Below are positions 51,849 to 63,316 of a DNA stretch of 64,000 nucleotides, one piece after another. The translations under genes were made by a program, and so were the position numbers. The notes under the pieces were generated by a model that saw nothing but the letters and a program-made list of their open reading frames with translations, had not been told where the DNA came from and ran no database searches. The stretch is from positions 22,506,001-22,570,000 of the forward strand of contig CM106586.1 in the NCBI GenBank assembly GCA_048013815.1. The letters are read 5' to 3'. Position 1 is the first letter of the stretch, and each line of letters opens with the position of its first letter. Origin of the DNA: Setoptus koraiensis (taxonomy: Eukaryota; Animalia; Arthropoda).

Positions 51849-51960
51849 CCTGTTGCTGCTGTTGCCGCTGTTGTTGCTGTTGTTGCTGTTGTTGCTGTTG
51901 TTGCTGTTGTTGCTGTTGCTGCTGTTGCTGCTGTTGCTGCTGTTGCTGCTGTTGCCGCTG
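51849..51960. repeat. GCT/GTT trinucleotide tract with 9-nt higher-order periodicity
   Basis: (GTTGTTGCT)n grading into (GTTGCTGCT)n. Confidence 0.9.
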
Positions 51961-52898
51961 TCACTGTTGGCTCGGTCGCGCTGGCCGCGCCGAGATGCCG
52001 TCGTCCATCGGCAGCCATGTAAGGCGACCCATTCAAGAAAGAATGAATCGAGTTGCGAGCCCATTGGCCGGATTCCATGCCGCTCGCTGTTGTCTCTGGC
52101 AATCTGTTGTTGCAACAGCCTTTGTTCCTGCCAGCGACACACACACACACTCGGTCGGCCCAGAAGTGAGCGCTGTCGCAACTGAAGACAGTTCCGTCCA
52201 CATGCCGGCGTGCCAGACGCCCAGTTCGAGTTGCCATCCCGATTCGAAGCGCGGCCGCGATTCGCAGTCGAAGCGCAGCCCCGATTCGCAGTAGAAGCGC
52301 AGCAGCTCCAACTCGAAATTCGAATGCTGATTCGAATGCTGCACAGAGACGAGACACACGCAGACAGCGACACAGCGACGACACAGAGAACACACAGAGA
52401 AGAGTTCGCTGCGAGAACACACTCGCCACAACGATGCAAGTTACGACGCGCGAGCCACAATGTCGCTGTCGTAGATCGACAGTAGTCGAGCCGCGCTGAA
52501 ACTGGAGCGGCCATTCATGCCATTTCACTGCCCATTCGCTGCCCATTCGCTGCCCATTCGCTGCCCATTCACTGCCAACGACAACCGGCAACCGGCAACG
52601 ACAACCGGCAACAACGACCCACCCAAACGAGCGCCGGGCGGACGGGCTTCCTGTTGCTGATGCCGTTTTGGTGGCGCTGACGCCGCACTGAGTGCCGCCC
52701 CCCTCACAGGGGCCGCAACGACCGAATGGGGCACGCCGCACCGGAACACAACACCATAACCATTAGCGCGGGGTAGCGTCAGTTGCAAAATTGTTGCTTG
52801 TTTGCCGATGCCCGCTGCCCGATGTCGGCCAGTGTCGCCGTTGTCGCGATCGGCGCCGACAAGGCCAAAACGCTTCAAATATGCATAATCGTTTGTTT

Positions 52899-52903
<5 letters not shown>

Positions 52904-52976
<73 letters not shown>
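52904..52976. repeat. Compound (TC)n(AC)n microsatellite
   Basis: Read directly from the sequence. Confidence 0.95.
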
Positions 52977-52977
<1 letters not shown>

Positions 52978-53454
52978 GAGCGCCCGGTAGCGCCATTGGA
53001 GAGCCCTCTCCGCGTCATCCGACCGGGTCCGCGGCATCCGACCGGGTTTGCGGCCCGTCTCGCATGCAGCCCAACAACGTGTGACCCGTCGGTCGGTGTG
53101 GCAAGCAGCCAGCAATCAGCCATAATCTGTATCAATCTAGCGCAACAAACCGAAAGTATCATCCGAACGGAACCGACAATGACAATGAATTAGCAGACTT
53201 ATGCAATTTTCGTTGTGCGTGCCGTTGTCAGACGACACAGAGACAGAAAGAGCGCGTAACATTACTTATGCAATGAAGTTTGTATTTGTTGCTGTCGCTG
53301 TTGTTGTTGCCTAATGCCATTACTATCGGCCATTACCAGCGCTTGTTACTACACACAAATCCAATCAACTGAAGACACAATGCGCAGTTGTCAGTGGAGT
53401 GTAAGTCTCATTTAATTACATGATGCCACAATCATGACGAGCGACACACGATTA

Positions 53455-54525
53455 TCATTCTGCATCATCTATATCCATATCCATGTCGTCCGCAGCGCCA
53501 GACGCACTCAATTGAGTACAAATGTCCGCGTATCTATACGGATGTAATTGTGTTATTATGAAATTGTTGAATATCTTTATATTATTGACGCCATTGTCAA
53601 ATTCTTCTTCCAGCATTTCCAATGGCGACCATGTTATCATCATGTTGTTCAAATAATCGCCACATGACACTACAAAATCGTCTATTCTGTCCTCTATGGA
53701 CGGACTGAGATGTAGCAATGTCATAAGTGTCTCCTCTAATGGACCATTGGCTTCAATTGATTCCCGCGCATTGAAATCATTTGCTATATTGTATTTCAAG
53801 GTCACCATTGATGTGGACAAATCTTTCGATTGCAACGGTCTATTGTGGACCCCATTCACGTACAACTCAACCACTGTCTTGACAATGCTGGGCGGATGAG
53901 GTAAATCGGGCACTACAGCATACAGGCATCTTGTGTGCACATGTATCAATATTGTATCAAATATCATTGATAGTAGAGTCGATGATCTACTTATTTCTTC
54001 CAATCTGCCTAATTTGTTTGCAAGCAACTCGGCCACAATCTTGGAATTATCGCTATCTTTCACTGCATCCAACACTCTCATTGCATGAGGATAAAATTCC
54101 AGATATGTTTGCTGTATTGCAGCTAAATCCAATAAATTGTCTCTTGTAGTTTGATCTAAATTCTTGTTTCTCGTTATTCTAGAATTTACTACAAGCTCCT
54201 CCATAGTACTAGAATATTGTTGTTGTTGTTGCTGTTCATTGTCACCTGAACAGGCCGATGATAAGGAAAGCATCTCTGTGAACTCGTTTAATATAGAAAT
54301 CAAATTGTCTGAGATGAATGTTAATGTTGTCTCTAACAGAATAATGTCTACGCTTGAATGTTTAAGTGAACCTTGACTCTTTGTGTCGTTCTTCTTAGAT
54401 CGTGGCCTCGTCTTTCCTGTTGACATGCCAAGATCTAAATTGAGATCATTCATTTGAACACAAAGGATTAAGTTGGCGATTGTTCCATATATCACAATAA
54501 TGGTTTGCACGCTGGAGAATTTCAT
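53455..54525 (-). CDS. Putative secreted protein of unknown function, 356 aa, intronless
   Basis: ATG 54525 gives MKFSSVQTIIVIYGTIANLILC, a signal-peptide-like start, on a 1071-nt ORF. No family recognised. Confidence 0.7.
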   Translation of the reverse strand: MKFSSVQTIIVIYGTIANLILCVQMNDLNLDLGMSTGKTRPRSKKNDTKSQGSLKHSSVDIILLETTLTFISDNLISILNEFTEMLSLSSACSGDNEQQQQQQYSSTMEELVVNSRITRNKNLDQTTRDNLLDLAAIQQTYLEFYPHAMRVLDAVKDSDNSKIVAELLANKLGRLEEISRSSTLLSMIFDTILIHVHTRCLYAVVPDLPHPPSIVKTVVELYVNGVHNRPLQSKDLSTSMVTLKYNIANDFNARESIEANGPLEETLMTLLHLSPSIEDRIDDFVVSCGDYLNNMMITWSPLEMLEEEFDNGVNNIKIFNNFIITQLHPYRYADICTQLSASGAADDMDMDIDDAE

Positions 54526-55191
54526 GGTCACATTACTGTAAACGATGACGATGATGGAAATGATGCAAACAAAATTAAGACATTCATTAGCATAATAGAA
54601 GCTAACTTATTGCTCAACCAACAGACAGATATTCTCTATTGCTGTTGTTGAACTCACTGCTCGGTTGTAAGTGAAATGCGTCAACTTTTAACTGTAATAT
54701 AAATATATTACTTACATCGTATAAATTCTCCCCAAGATGCTAATTACTTTGCTAATAATTAGGCTACATGTGCTGGTGCTGTTGCGAATAAGTGTTTGCA
54801 TAAGACTAAACAAATAACGCCATTATACTGATGCTGGTCTTAGGTGAATTCTGTCTGCTTGTTAGACACGTTAAAATTAAAGCAGCACTCATGTATTGCA
54901 CTCATGGTATGATTAGGCCATCATAGTATCAGGTGATAGCTGGAGTTATTTTTAGACATATGAGGCTCACAGACAGTTACACGCAGCCAGTGCGCCCGAC
55001 TGGGTATCTGGTCTATCCTAAAAACCAATCGTTCCCACAAGATCAGGTCATTACGGCTAGACTTACTATTTTTTTGTTGGTCAAGTTGGTAGCACCTTCA
55101 AAAGGAAGTTGCGCTGTCGTGATTTACTGTCACTTGTTTTGCCTAACCATTGTAACTAATTAGATAACTATTGGGCAAATCTTGTGCCAAG

Positions 55192-55839
55192 ATGAGGCTC
55201 TATACATCTATGATTTTGGCCTTGATACTCGCATTATGCTACTGCTTATACTCCACAATTTCTGTCACAGGCCAACTCAAACCTGATGAACAAGCAATCA
55301 CTAATCCGGATTCTGATGAAATAAAAGAGACAAATAAGCAAACAAAAAGCTGCACCAAAGAGAACAAAGTAACAATTCGTAATGTTTTGAAAAAATTAAA
55401 AAAAGTAAAATATGAAAAAAGTCTACGAGCTGTGGGAGCCAAGATCATTGTTGAGGATCTCGCCAGAGAGGATAAGATCAAATTCGACACAAAAGATGAA
55501 GATCTGTTGCTTTATTTTATCATATCAAAGGATCGATTAAACTGGCCCATATTCCATAAGATAGTCAGTAATAGCTACTTTGAAACGGATCAATTGCTCG
55601 ATGGTTGCATCAAATCAAACATGGCCTTCTTTGGTGTCACCAGCAAAGTGCTTGAGTTAAAGAGCAAGTTCTCGTGCAAACCAGAACAGATTAGAGTGTT
55701 GCTTTACAACAATAAGACGTATAGGAAAAAATCAAACTATGCTCTACTATGTAAATTTGTCATGATGAATTATGGAAGCGAAGAGAAGCTACGCAATTGG
55801 CCTTACCCTCTGGGCAACTACAAAAAGTTTGAGATGTAA
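55192..55839 (+). CDS. Putative secreted Lys-rich protein of unknown function, 215 aa, intronless
   Basis: ATG 55192 gives MRLYTSMILALILALCYCLYSTISVTG, a signal-peptide-like start. No family recognised. Confidence 0.7.
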   Translation: MRLYTSMILALILALCYCLYSTISVTGQLKPDEQAITNPDSDEIKETNKQTKSCTKENKVTIRNVLKKLKKVKYEKSLRAVGAKIIVEDLAREDKIKFDTKDEDLLLYFIISKDRLNWPIFHKIVSNSYFETDQLLDGCIKSNMAFFGVTSKVLELKSKFSCKPEQIRVLLYNNKTYRKKSNYALLCKFVMMNYGSEEKLRNWPYPLGNYKKFEM

Positions 55840-56304
55840 GAGAGGCGAAAAAACCAACCAATGCTAATGATACTAAATGATGAAGATAATCAAGTGTGCG
55901 AAGTGCGATTTCTTCTCACGACAACAAGATCAGGAAAACAGCGTTGCAACTGATTGAATCTCTCTCTTTCACTCTCTCGCACCAAGTCAACCAATGACAA
56001 ACACGCCTCTAGTATAACTTGAATCAACTTGCAATCAAGTAAGAGCAATTAAATTTCAACATACCAAGCCATCAACAACAACAATAATCTTGCCAATCAA
56101 CAAATACTAATAGAATATATATATATTTATTTATCTTTAATGTCTGTACATTTTCATAAATTGAGCGAACGAACAACAAAAACGAAAAAATATGGGAAAT
56201 GAGACACCCAATCCATTAAAATCACGTTATTCATTTCATCGTTTGGGTAGGCACATCAATCTTTGCTATCTAACGCAATTGTAACCGCGCGCGCGCTAAC
56301 TATC

Positions 56305-59300
56305 TTACATTAGATTAATCGCTTGTGTATCTAACCATGCTGCACAACAATTAATGACGTGCTTTAAATCAATACGGATCGCTTCATCAAGTATTTTTCT
56401 AACAAGATCCGGACGGTTTAATTTGATTGCTAATAGTTGAGCATTACTCAATTGTCCTAGCTCAATGTAAAAATTCATCTTGGTTTCCTGACCGGATATT
56501 AGCTTAATCAACGCCATAACATAATCAGGTTCTTTGCAACTTCTGACAGCCGCGCTAACTATATCATCGCGTATTAACTCTGATTTTTTATCAATGCTCG
56601 CCTTAGTGGGTATTGTATCGTATTTGTTTAAATCCAATTTAATCTCAGATTCGATACACTGAATGAATTGTTCCACTCGTTGAACAAGCTCCGAGCCCTC
56701 ACACAAAACAAATATTCTTGCGGCTGTTCTCAATACTTTCATTCGATCCAGTTCGTTATCATCTATAAGTTGATTAGCCAGTGCTAGTCCCTCACTAGGA
56801 TAGTTGCCGTAATAACAAGCCACAAGGGCCGCAAATAGGGTCCGTCTCGTTAACGACTTGTCAAACAATGTCACCGGGTGGTCGAGCGACTCGGCAACAG
56901 GTGACGAGCCATCTGCTGTTGAGTCCTCGAGTTCTATTCCTTTAAGACAACCGATAACGTTATTTGCACTAAAACTTTGAGTTACATCAATTTGAGTACT
57001 AATTACCTTGATCTGTCTAGTGACATCGTTTTCGGACATATTCATCATGCGAGGGCGGTGAATCGATGTTTGATTCAAGTCGCTCAGATATTGCTCACAA
57101 TGACGCCTAGCTTTCACCAGATGATGCAAACGACCATTTAGATCGCGATAATTGATGATTGGTTTCTTCAAGAAGAAGCAATTAATTTGAGTAATAGCTG
57201 CCCGCAAATGATCATTCATATTTTCCTGCATGTAATAGAGTAAATTGTGCATTTGTTTTCTGGCACAATATTTGCAAACAGCCAATTTGTATTTCCATAA
57301 GCGATTCTGTGTTGGGTCCAAAGCAGTCATGTCATTAAGGAGTTCATTTAGGGAACCTTTGGCCGCTGCTTTCATAAAGACATCTTCAAAGAACAATTTA
57401 TTGTAGGCCTCGTTAGTTGCATTGTTGGACTCCGTCACTAGAAATTCAATTGTTTTTCGCCACAGTCCATTGGATACAAAAAATCTGACGTAATCCTCTG
57501 AGCTGCCATAGAGATCAAGATAATATAATGCTTCAGCAAATATTGCTGGCTTAGCGGATGGAAGTGACAAATCTTTCGGTTGATTGGTATCACTAAATTG
57601 TCCATGCTCAATAGCGTAAATACGGGCGGCTAGAGATCGTTGCTTGTCTTCTAATTTGACTATTGCACTTAAAATCTCACTAAGTAGCTTACTTTGAGTC
57701 TGATTTATTTGATCGCTGGCTTGTCTAGTTCTTGTGAAACAATGCTTGAACTTTTCTCTGGCCTCGGGAAAACGGCGATTCTTCAGACATTGCATAGCCC
57801 ATGTTCTCCACACAGCAGGCACGTCTAAGCCAAATTTCATTGCAATCTCTAAAGCCAAATCAAATCGCTCCATCTCCAGTAGCTTCTCTTGTAACCTAAC
57901 TGGCGAGTGATCTGGAGAGAACGCTATAGATAGAATAAATTTATCACAGCAATTATTATTGACCAGTGTTCTAATGACGTCCACTTGCGACAACATCCTA
58001 TCGAGGATATTCTTTGTTTCACTACGCTTATCACCCACATTCACTTTGGCTGATGTTAACAAGGATTTTATCATGTTGATTATCAGCCCACTATCTGTCT
58101 GATTCGACGTGAGTGTCTCAAATAGTGGCTGACATACGGAATCAATTAAAAATTTGCATCCTCTACTCTGATCTGAGTGCAATCTTAATATGGTCAAGCA
58201 TAATGATACGCTCGGAGCAGTGTCATAATAGAATTCTTTGCGAATTTCCTCGTTTGAAGCCAAATCACCTTCAACATCATTTGCGTTCAAAAGCCACATA
58301 AATGGTCTACTGTACTGGAAATTTGACGAAGTAGGACTACTCGCTGATGTGCTGGCCTCTATTATCTTGGTTTGCGAATAACAATCGCAACAAACTCTAA
58401 CGGCGTTTCTATTAGATACTTCTCGCACCAATAAAAACTTATTTGAACAGTTGGAGCATACTACTCGACCACAGCGACGACAATGGTGCCTTCTGTTGAG
58501 CAAACTGAACTTTTCGATTTTGCAAACCATACAATAAGAGACTTTCCAATCTGGAACCCATTCACTTTTGTCGGGCACATTGCTAGGCATAATAAATTCT
58601 TGCTCAACTGTTGAACCAATGCCAGCACGAGTGGGGTTGTTTGGCTCAGTAGACGATATTACTGTCGTCTCTGATACAGCATCTATATTTAAATTGGTAC
58701 TATTGGATTGACTCGTCGTCCCTTGACTGGTGTTACTATGCTGGAACGAGTGCTGTTGATTGAAAGAATGACTCAAGTTTGATGGCGGCGAGTCGCATAT
58801 CTGTATATCTACTGCCTTTTTGCAATATTCCTCTATCAGATTATCATACCTGGCTATTTTGACACATTCCTTCAAAGATTCATACTCTATATTCATCAGC
58901 ATTTGTTCTATAATTAGTTTAGGTTTTGTCAGCAGATGCATGTAAGAGCTTATCAGATCATCCGGTAGCAATTGGATTAGTTTGATGCCCGTTATACAAT
59001 CCCGATAATGTACAATCTCCTCTCTATTTAGAACTTTCTCGCACCGGTCAATGATATACTGAGCTAGGCTTCCTTTGACCTTCAAAGAATCAACTCTGGG
59101 TAAAACTCTACTAACGAGTCCTACACACGCGTAAGGCGTTGATACGATAGTATCCATGAAACTTATTGCTTCATCCAAAGCATCTTCTTCGCAAAGAGAT
59201 AACAAGACTAGCTCTTCTTGTAGCTCTTGACAATCTGTTTCAAACCCTTTCAGATCTACCCAATTCTTAGCTGATTTGTACTGCTTGCGAGCTTTAAATA

Positions 59301-62300
59301 CAGCCATCATGTCAGCAACAGATAAGCTGTTTCTCGCTTCACGCCACGTTCTCAATCCAGTCAATTTAGCTAACTCATCGTATAGTCTTACTTCAACTAG
59401 ACTGTCATCGAGACGTTTCTTTAGAAAAATGAGATGCTCGTTGCTAACAAGCGATTGTTTAGTGAGATCAACATTCGCTTCTCGAACGTTGTCCAATTTG
59501 AAATTTTTCAAAGTTGAAGTTTGGCCGGAAACCAGCGATCGATGCGATAATTCGTCCAATTGACTGACCTGTCTTTGTTGTTTCGGAGATTTTTGTGATT
59601 TTTGGCTGCTATTCGATGTTACAGATGGATGCGAAGTGAACGATCTCAAACATGATTGTACTGAACGTAGTACGTGTCTGTAGTCGTTGAATGATTCTGA
59701 ATTCTCAATCATGTCGAGTATGAACTGTGCTTTGAGATCAAATTCCTCCATTTGCAGGATATACTTGGGATCGTTGGTTTCTTTAGCTAGATCAGATAGT
59801 ATTGCCCTTCGCAAGGTTCTATAGGATGGAGAAGACTGCACGGTTGGCAATAGTTTGAGTATCTCGTGCATTCTCAGAAAGTTTTTCTCCACCGCATAGT
59901 GCTCCAGGATCTTCATGAAGATATTTAATTGACAAGATAATCTTGGATGAAGACAAGCTGTGACTAATGAAGCTTGATCTACAATTTCAGAGAAGCCAAT
60001 TTTTGACCTCACCAGATCGATGTACTTAAGAAGAGGCGAGTCAGGAGTGAAGGCTTGACTAGGAGTGCTATCGCTAAATATGCCATCTAGCTTTGCATCG
60101 GTATTAAAGCCATCTACCTGCGTGTCTGGAATGCTAATGACCCCGATAATACATAACAACTCTGTCACTATTTTACTATGTGAACGAAAAAACTGAATCA
60201 GTCCCGGGGACCATGACTTCTCCCTTCTCTGATCTACCATATCACTGAGGTCTTCCAAAGACACCCTGGAATGACTAGATGAAGTAGAATAATTCAAATT
60301 AGAAGATTGAGTATGCCCAGTTTTGAGATGTCTTGCGGCGAGGTCGCATAAAGCAGGAGCCATTGCCTCAATCAGTAGATGATTTTCATCCAATCTTGGG
60401 TTATAACTTGATGGAAGATTTGGGCACACAACAGAACATAGAGTGCCTACTAGATCAATCTGAAGCTCACGAGCCAGACCATTGATCTCCTCTGGAGACA
60501 TTCCGTCTTTTAAGACCATAGCACATAATATTGCGGATGGAGAATGATTCAATACAGCAAAATATTGTGTAACTGGGAATTGTCTATTGAAGGACGGACT
60601 TCTTTTGCGACATTCCTCCAAAGTTTCCCCAACTTTTTTCACATAAGACAGGAGGGCAGCTAAGTAGTTAAGCTTATTATCTTCACGTCCTTGGAAGTGC
60701 AGACTGATCTTTTGATAATTGGACATAAGTTTTTTCTGAAGATCGTTCGAGGCACGATGAATATCATCCAAATCAAGCGGTAGTAATGTCAGAAGTTGAT
60801 TATTGAAGTCATTAATATACTCTATGATGGTATTGCTGAGATGAGAACTGTGTATATCTAGATTTCGCTCAATATTGTCTATCCGAGGAGACAAATCGAT
60901 CTCATAATTGAGAGCTAATGTCTTGGACAGACGATAGTTGAGAAAATTATCTTTGGTCTTTGTATCTCCAGAGGATGCGTCAACCAACAAATCCATTATA
61001 TCCAGGAATTTGTTTATAAGCTTCTGAACCATTGGATCAAGGCCATTTGATCCATTGAATTTCTTCTCAAATAGAACATGCTCTCCGATGAAACGTGAGA
61101 CTTCCGCATGAGGACAAGTAGTAATGGAATAATCTAATAGAGTGATACTAGCTTTTTCAGGATTCAACAGTTCAGGATGTTGGGTGAAGTTTTGTATTGC
61201 TTTGAGAATGTCGTCGGAATAAACCTTGGAAATACTTGAAGTATCCTGGGACAGCTTGTGATGTCTTTTACGCAGATTGTTGTGAGATGGAGAGTTTTCA
61301 AGATTGTCAGCAGCGCTAGCGATGTTTGTAGCGGATTTCAAATGACTCGATATAAGCTTCGTCAAATTTTCGTGCAACTCATGAGTTTTTTCAATTAGAG
61401 TTAGCTCTTTCGCCTCGTTTGTGTCTGCTAGTTCAACCTCAAATAGTTTAAGTACTTGACGAGCTCTCGATATCTGGTCTTTGATTAGACAGTAAGTTAA
61501 TAATTTTTTAGGAGGAGCGAGCATGCTAGGAATAATTGAAGTCGAGTCAGCTTGAAGTAGATAAGGCCTTCTAGTTGGTTTCAGTTCATTCTCTATAAAA
61601 CTTGTTGTGGCACAATCAGAATTATCACTAGGTGTGTCAATTATCACAGTGTCTACAGAGCTATGAAATTTAGGTTCGTCATTAATTGTGGAACTGCTAG
61701 CTCTTGTTTGGACCCCAGAACTTTTTAGATCGAGGCTTTCGTTGTACGAATCTTTGTTGTACTCCTCATCAGTAGTATACTTGAATGTAGGCTCAATCAA
61801 ACATGACTGTTCGTCGAGAATACTTTTTGAGCACCATTCTGAAAATTCCATCATAGACTTCAGTCTGGAGATAATGTGCATGCATATTACGTTGCTGGGA
61901 TTACTTTTATCAATAGAGTCATCACTTTGCGAATCATGATATTCCAGAGTCTGTTTGATGAGTGATTCCAAATGGAGATAGTCACTTTCCTGTTCGAATT
62001 TCCCGTTATACAACCTAAACATGAGCGAAATCAATTTGAAGCATTGAGGCATCGACGTGAAGGCTGCGTCATCATAGAGCATATCTCTAATGAAATGTTT
62101 TCTGTCTAGAGCGCCTCTTAGAAAACATTCTCTATAATCGAACTCTTCTTTGCTGTTGAAAATGAAATTGAGTCCTCGTTCCTTGAGTAGTTGCCTCTTT
62201 AGGCGGCCCACTTTGACTAACAAATTTGAGGTGCGTCGACCTAGGATAGCATGATAAAGGAATTGTTTCTTGTTTTGGACGGACGCCTGTTTGTGAAGCA

Positions 62301-62463
62301 CAGAATTGTCACCATGACTCGGCGATTCCTCATAGATTTCGATCAGATCCAACAGAAATTTGTCGTCCAATTTATCGTCAGGTGCATCGAGCAGGTACTG
62401 GTACAACTGCCTCTGATTGGTAGTGTTGTCCGGCCTAATCGGACTTGGAGCCAGTATATTCAT
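56305..62463 (-). CDS. ZFYVE26: Zinc finger FYVE domain protein 26 (spastizin/SPG15), single 6.2-kb ORF; may have an extra 5' exon
   Basis: FYVE finger WVPD...CMVCK...FSLLNRRHHCRRCGRVVCSNCS...RVCCDCY at about two-thirds of the length, then EEIRKEFYYDTAPSVSLC, WRTWAMQCLK...AREKFKHC and DHLRAA, as in the spastizin C-terminus. Confidence 0.9.
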   Translation of the reverse strand: MNILAPSPIRPDNTTNQRQLYQYLLDAPDDKLDDKFLLDLIEIYEESPSHGDNSVLHKQASVQNKKQFLYHAILGRRTSNLLVKVGRLKRQLLKERGLNFIFNSKEEFDYRECFLRGALDRKHFIRDMLYDDAAFTSMPQCFKLISLMFRLYNGKFEQESDYLHLESLIKQTLEYHDSQSDDSIDKSNPSNVICMHIISRLKSMMEFSEWCSKSILDEQSCLIEPTFKYTTDEEYNKDSYNESLDLKSSGVQTRASSSTINDEPKFHSSVDTVIIDTPSDNSDCATTSFIENELKPTRRPYLLQADSTSIIPSMLAPPKKLLTYCLIKDQISRARQVLKLFEVELADTNEAKELTLIEKTHELHENLTKLISSHLKSATNIASAADNLENSPSHNNLRKRHHKLSQDTSSISKVYSDDILKAIQNFTQHPELLNPEKASITLLDYSITTCPHAEVSRFIGEHVLFEKKFNGSNGLDPMVQKLINKFLDIMDLLVDASSGDTKTKDNFLNYRLSKTLALNYEIDLSPRIDNIERNLDIHSSHLSNTIIEYINDFNNQLLTLLPLDLDDIHRASNDLQKKLMSNYQKISLHFQGREDNKLNYLAALLSYVKKVGETLEECRKRSPSFNRQFPVTQYFAVLNHSPSAILCAMVLKDGMSPEEINGLARELQIDLVGTLCSVVCPNLPSSYNPRLDENHLLIEAMAPALCDLAARHLKTGHTQSSNLNYSTSSSHSRVSLEDLSDMVDQRREKSWSPGLIQFFRSHSKIVTELLCIIGVISIPDTQVDGFNTDAKLDGIFSDSTPSQAFTPDSPLLKYIDLVRSKIGFSEIVDQASLVTACLHPRLSCQLNIFMKILEHYAVEKNFLRMHEILKLLPTVQSSPSYRTLRRAILSDLAKETNDPKYILQMEEFDLKAQFILDMIENSESFNDYRHVLRSVQSCLRSFTSHPSVTSNSSQKSQKSPKQQRQVSQLDELSHRSLVSGQTSTLKNFKLDNVREANVDLTKQSLVSNEHLIFLKKRLDDSLVEVRLYDELAKLTGLRTWREARNSLSVADMMAVFKARKQYKSAKNWVDLKGFETDCQELQEELVLLSLCEEDALDEAISFMDTIVSTPYACVGLVSRVLPRVDSLKVKGSLAQYIIDRCEKVLNREEIVHYRDCITGIKLIQLLPDDLISSYMHLLTKPKLIIEQMLMNIEYESLKECVKIARYDNLIEEYCKKAVDIQICDSPPSNLSHSFNQQHSFQHSNTSQGTTSQSNSTNLNIDAVSETTVISSTEPNNPTRAGIGSTVEQEFIMPSNVPDKSEWVPDWKVSYCMVCKIEKFSLLNRRHHCRRCGRVVCSNCSNKFLLVREVSNRNAVRVCCDCYSQTKIIEASTSASSPTSSNFQYSRPFMWLLNANDVEGDLASNEEIRKEFYYDTAPSVSLCLTILRLHSDQSRGCKFLIDSVCQPLFETLTSNQTDSGLIINMIKSLLTSAKVNVGDKRSETKNILDRMLSQVDVIRTLVNNNCCDKFILSIAFSPDHSPVRLQEKLLEMERFDLALEIAMKFGLDVPAVWRTWAMQCLKNRRFPEAREKFKHCFTRTRQASDQINQTQSKLLSEILSAIVKLEDKQRSLAARIYAIEHGQFSDTNQPKDLSLPSAKPAIFAEALYYLDLYGSSEDYVRFFVSNGLWRKTIEFLVTESNNATNEAYNKLFFEDVFMKAAAKGSLNELLNDMTALDPTQNRLWKYKLAVCKYCARKQMHNLLYYMQENMNDHLRAAITQINCFFLKKPIINYRDLNGRLHHLVKARRHCEQYLSDLNQTSIHRPRMMNMSENDVTRQIKVISTQIDVTQSFSANNVIGCLKGIELEDSTADGSSPVAESLDHPVTLFDKSLTRRTLFAALVACYYGNYPSEGLALANQLIDDNELDRMKVLRTAARIFVLCEGSELVQRVEQFIQCIESEIKLDLNKYDTIPTKASIDKKSELIRDDIVSAAVRSCKEPDYVMALIKLISGQETKMNFYIELGQLSNAQLLAIKLNRPDLVRKILDEAIRIDLKHVINCCAAWLDTQAINLM

Positions 62464-63316
62464 CGCCGATATAATCTCCTGGTTTGTTTCTCCTGTTGAA
62501 GGTGGTGGCGAAACGAACTCATGATAGACAATTGCAGAAATGATAGACGGTTCAGCAAAATATTTCTATAATCCGAATTCAACGCACTAAATGTACACAC
62601 GCACGCACACAAACAAACACACACACGCACGCACGCACACACACACACACACACTAACACAATGCTGAAAATTTTTCGTCCAAACTCTTCTGTGTGTGCG
62701 AGCGCTGCCTTATCGGTTCAATTTTAGAACTATCCGCGACCACCATTGCAACGACCGCAGCCTTGGGTATATTCTCGCTCACGCCAATGCCCGAGTTATA
62801 AAATTCACTGTGCTGCACGAAAGCACAGAAAGTGCAACAATTGCATTTGTGCGCGCGGAAACACATGCTGGGCAGTGACGGCCAGCCGACCATGCAAAAT
62901 GCTGCGAGCCGGGCGTTAGTCTGGATCATGTGCTCCAACAGATTTTGGTGTGCATCTCTGCTATGCATAGCGAAAATCGCCGCACCATTATTACTGCAAG
63001 TCGAATGTTTGGTAGTCTACACCCTGATGAATTTCTCTAGAATAAATGTGTGCGGTATTTGGACTAGCTAGCTCATTCATCAGTCGAATCTTCAACAGGA
63101 GTGACAATAGGTGGCGTTTAGACACATCTACATGTATTTACTATTCATCGATCAGTTTATTCATCCTACGTGTAATCTACACATCTTAACAACATTATCA
63201 CATTTATACACCATTGGAAACCACTACGCCATTACAGAATCGGCTACTATCCAATAACAACAATATCATCATAATTATTATTATTATCATATTAGTTTAA
63301 TTATACCGGAGAAAAA

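Noticed and set aside
46521-53193. Many overlapping 100-300 aa ORFs in all six frames
   Set aside because: GC-rich repetitive DNA lacks stops by composition. The products are R/A/C/S-rich with no recognisable motif, and the poly-Q frame of 51849-51960 is closed by a stop immediately upstream.
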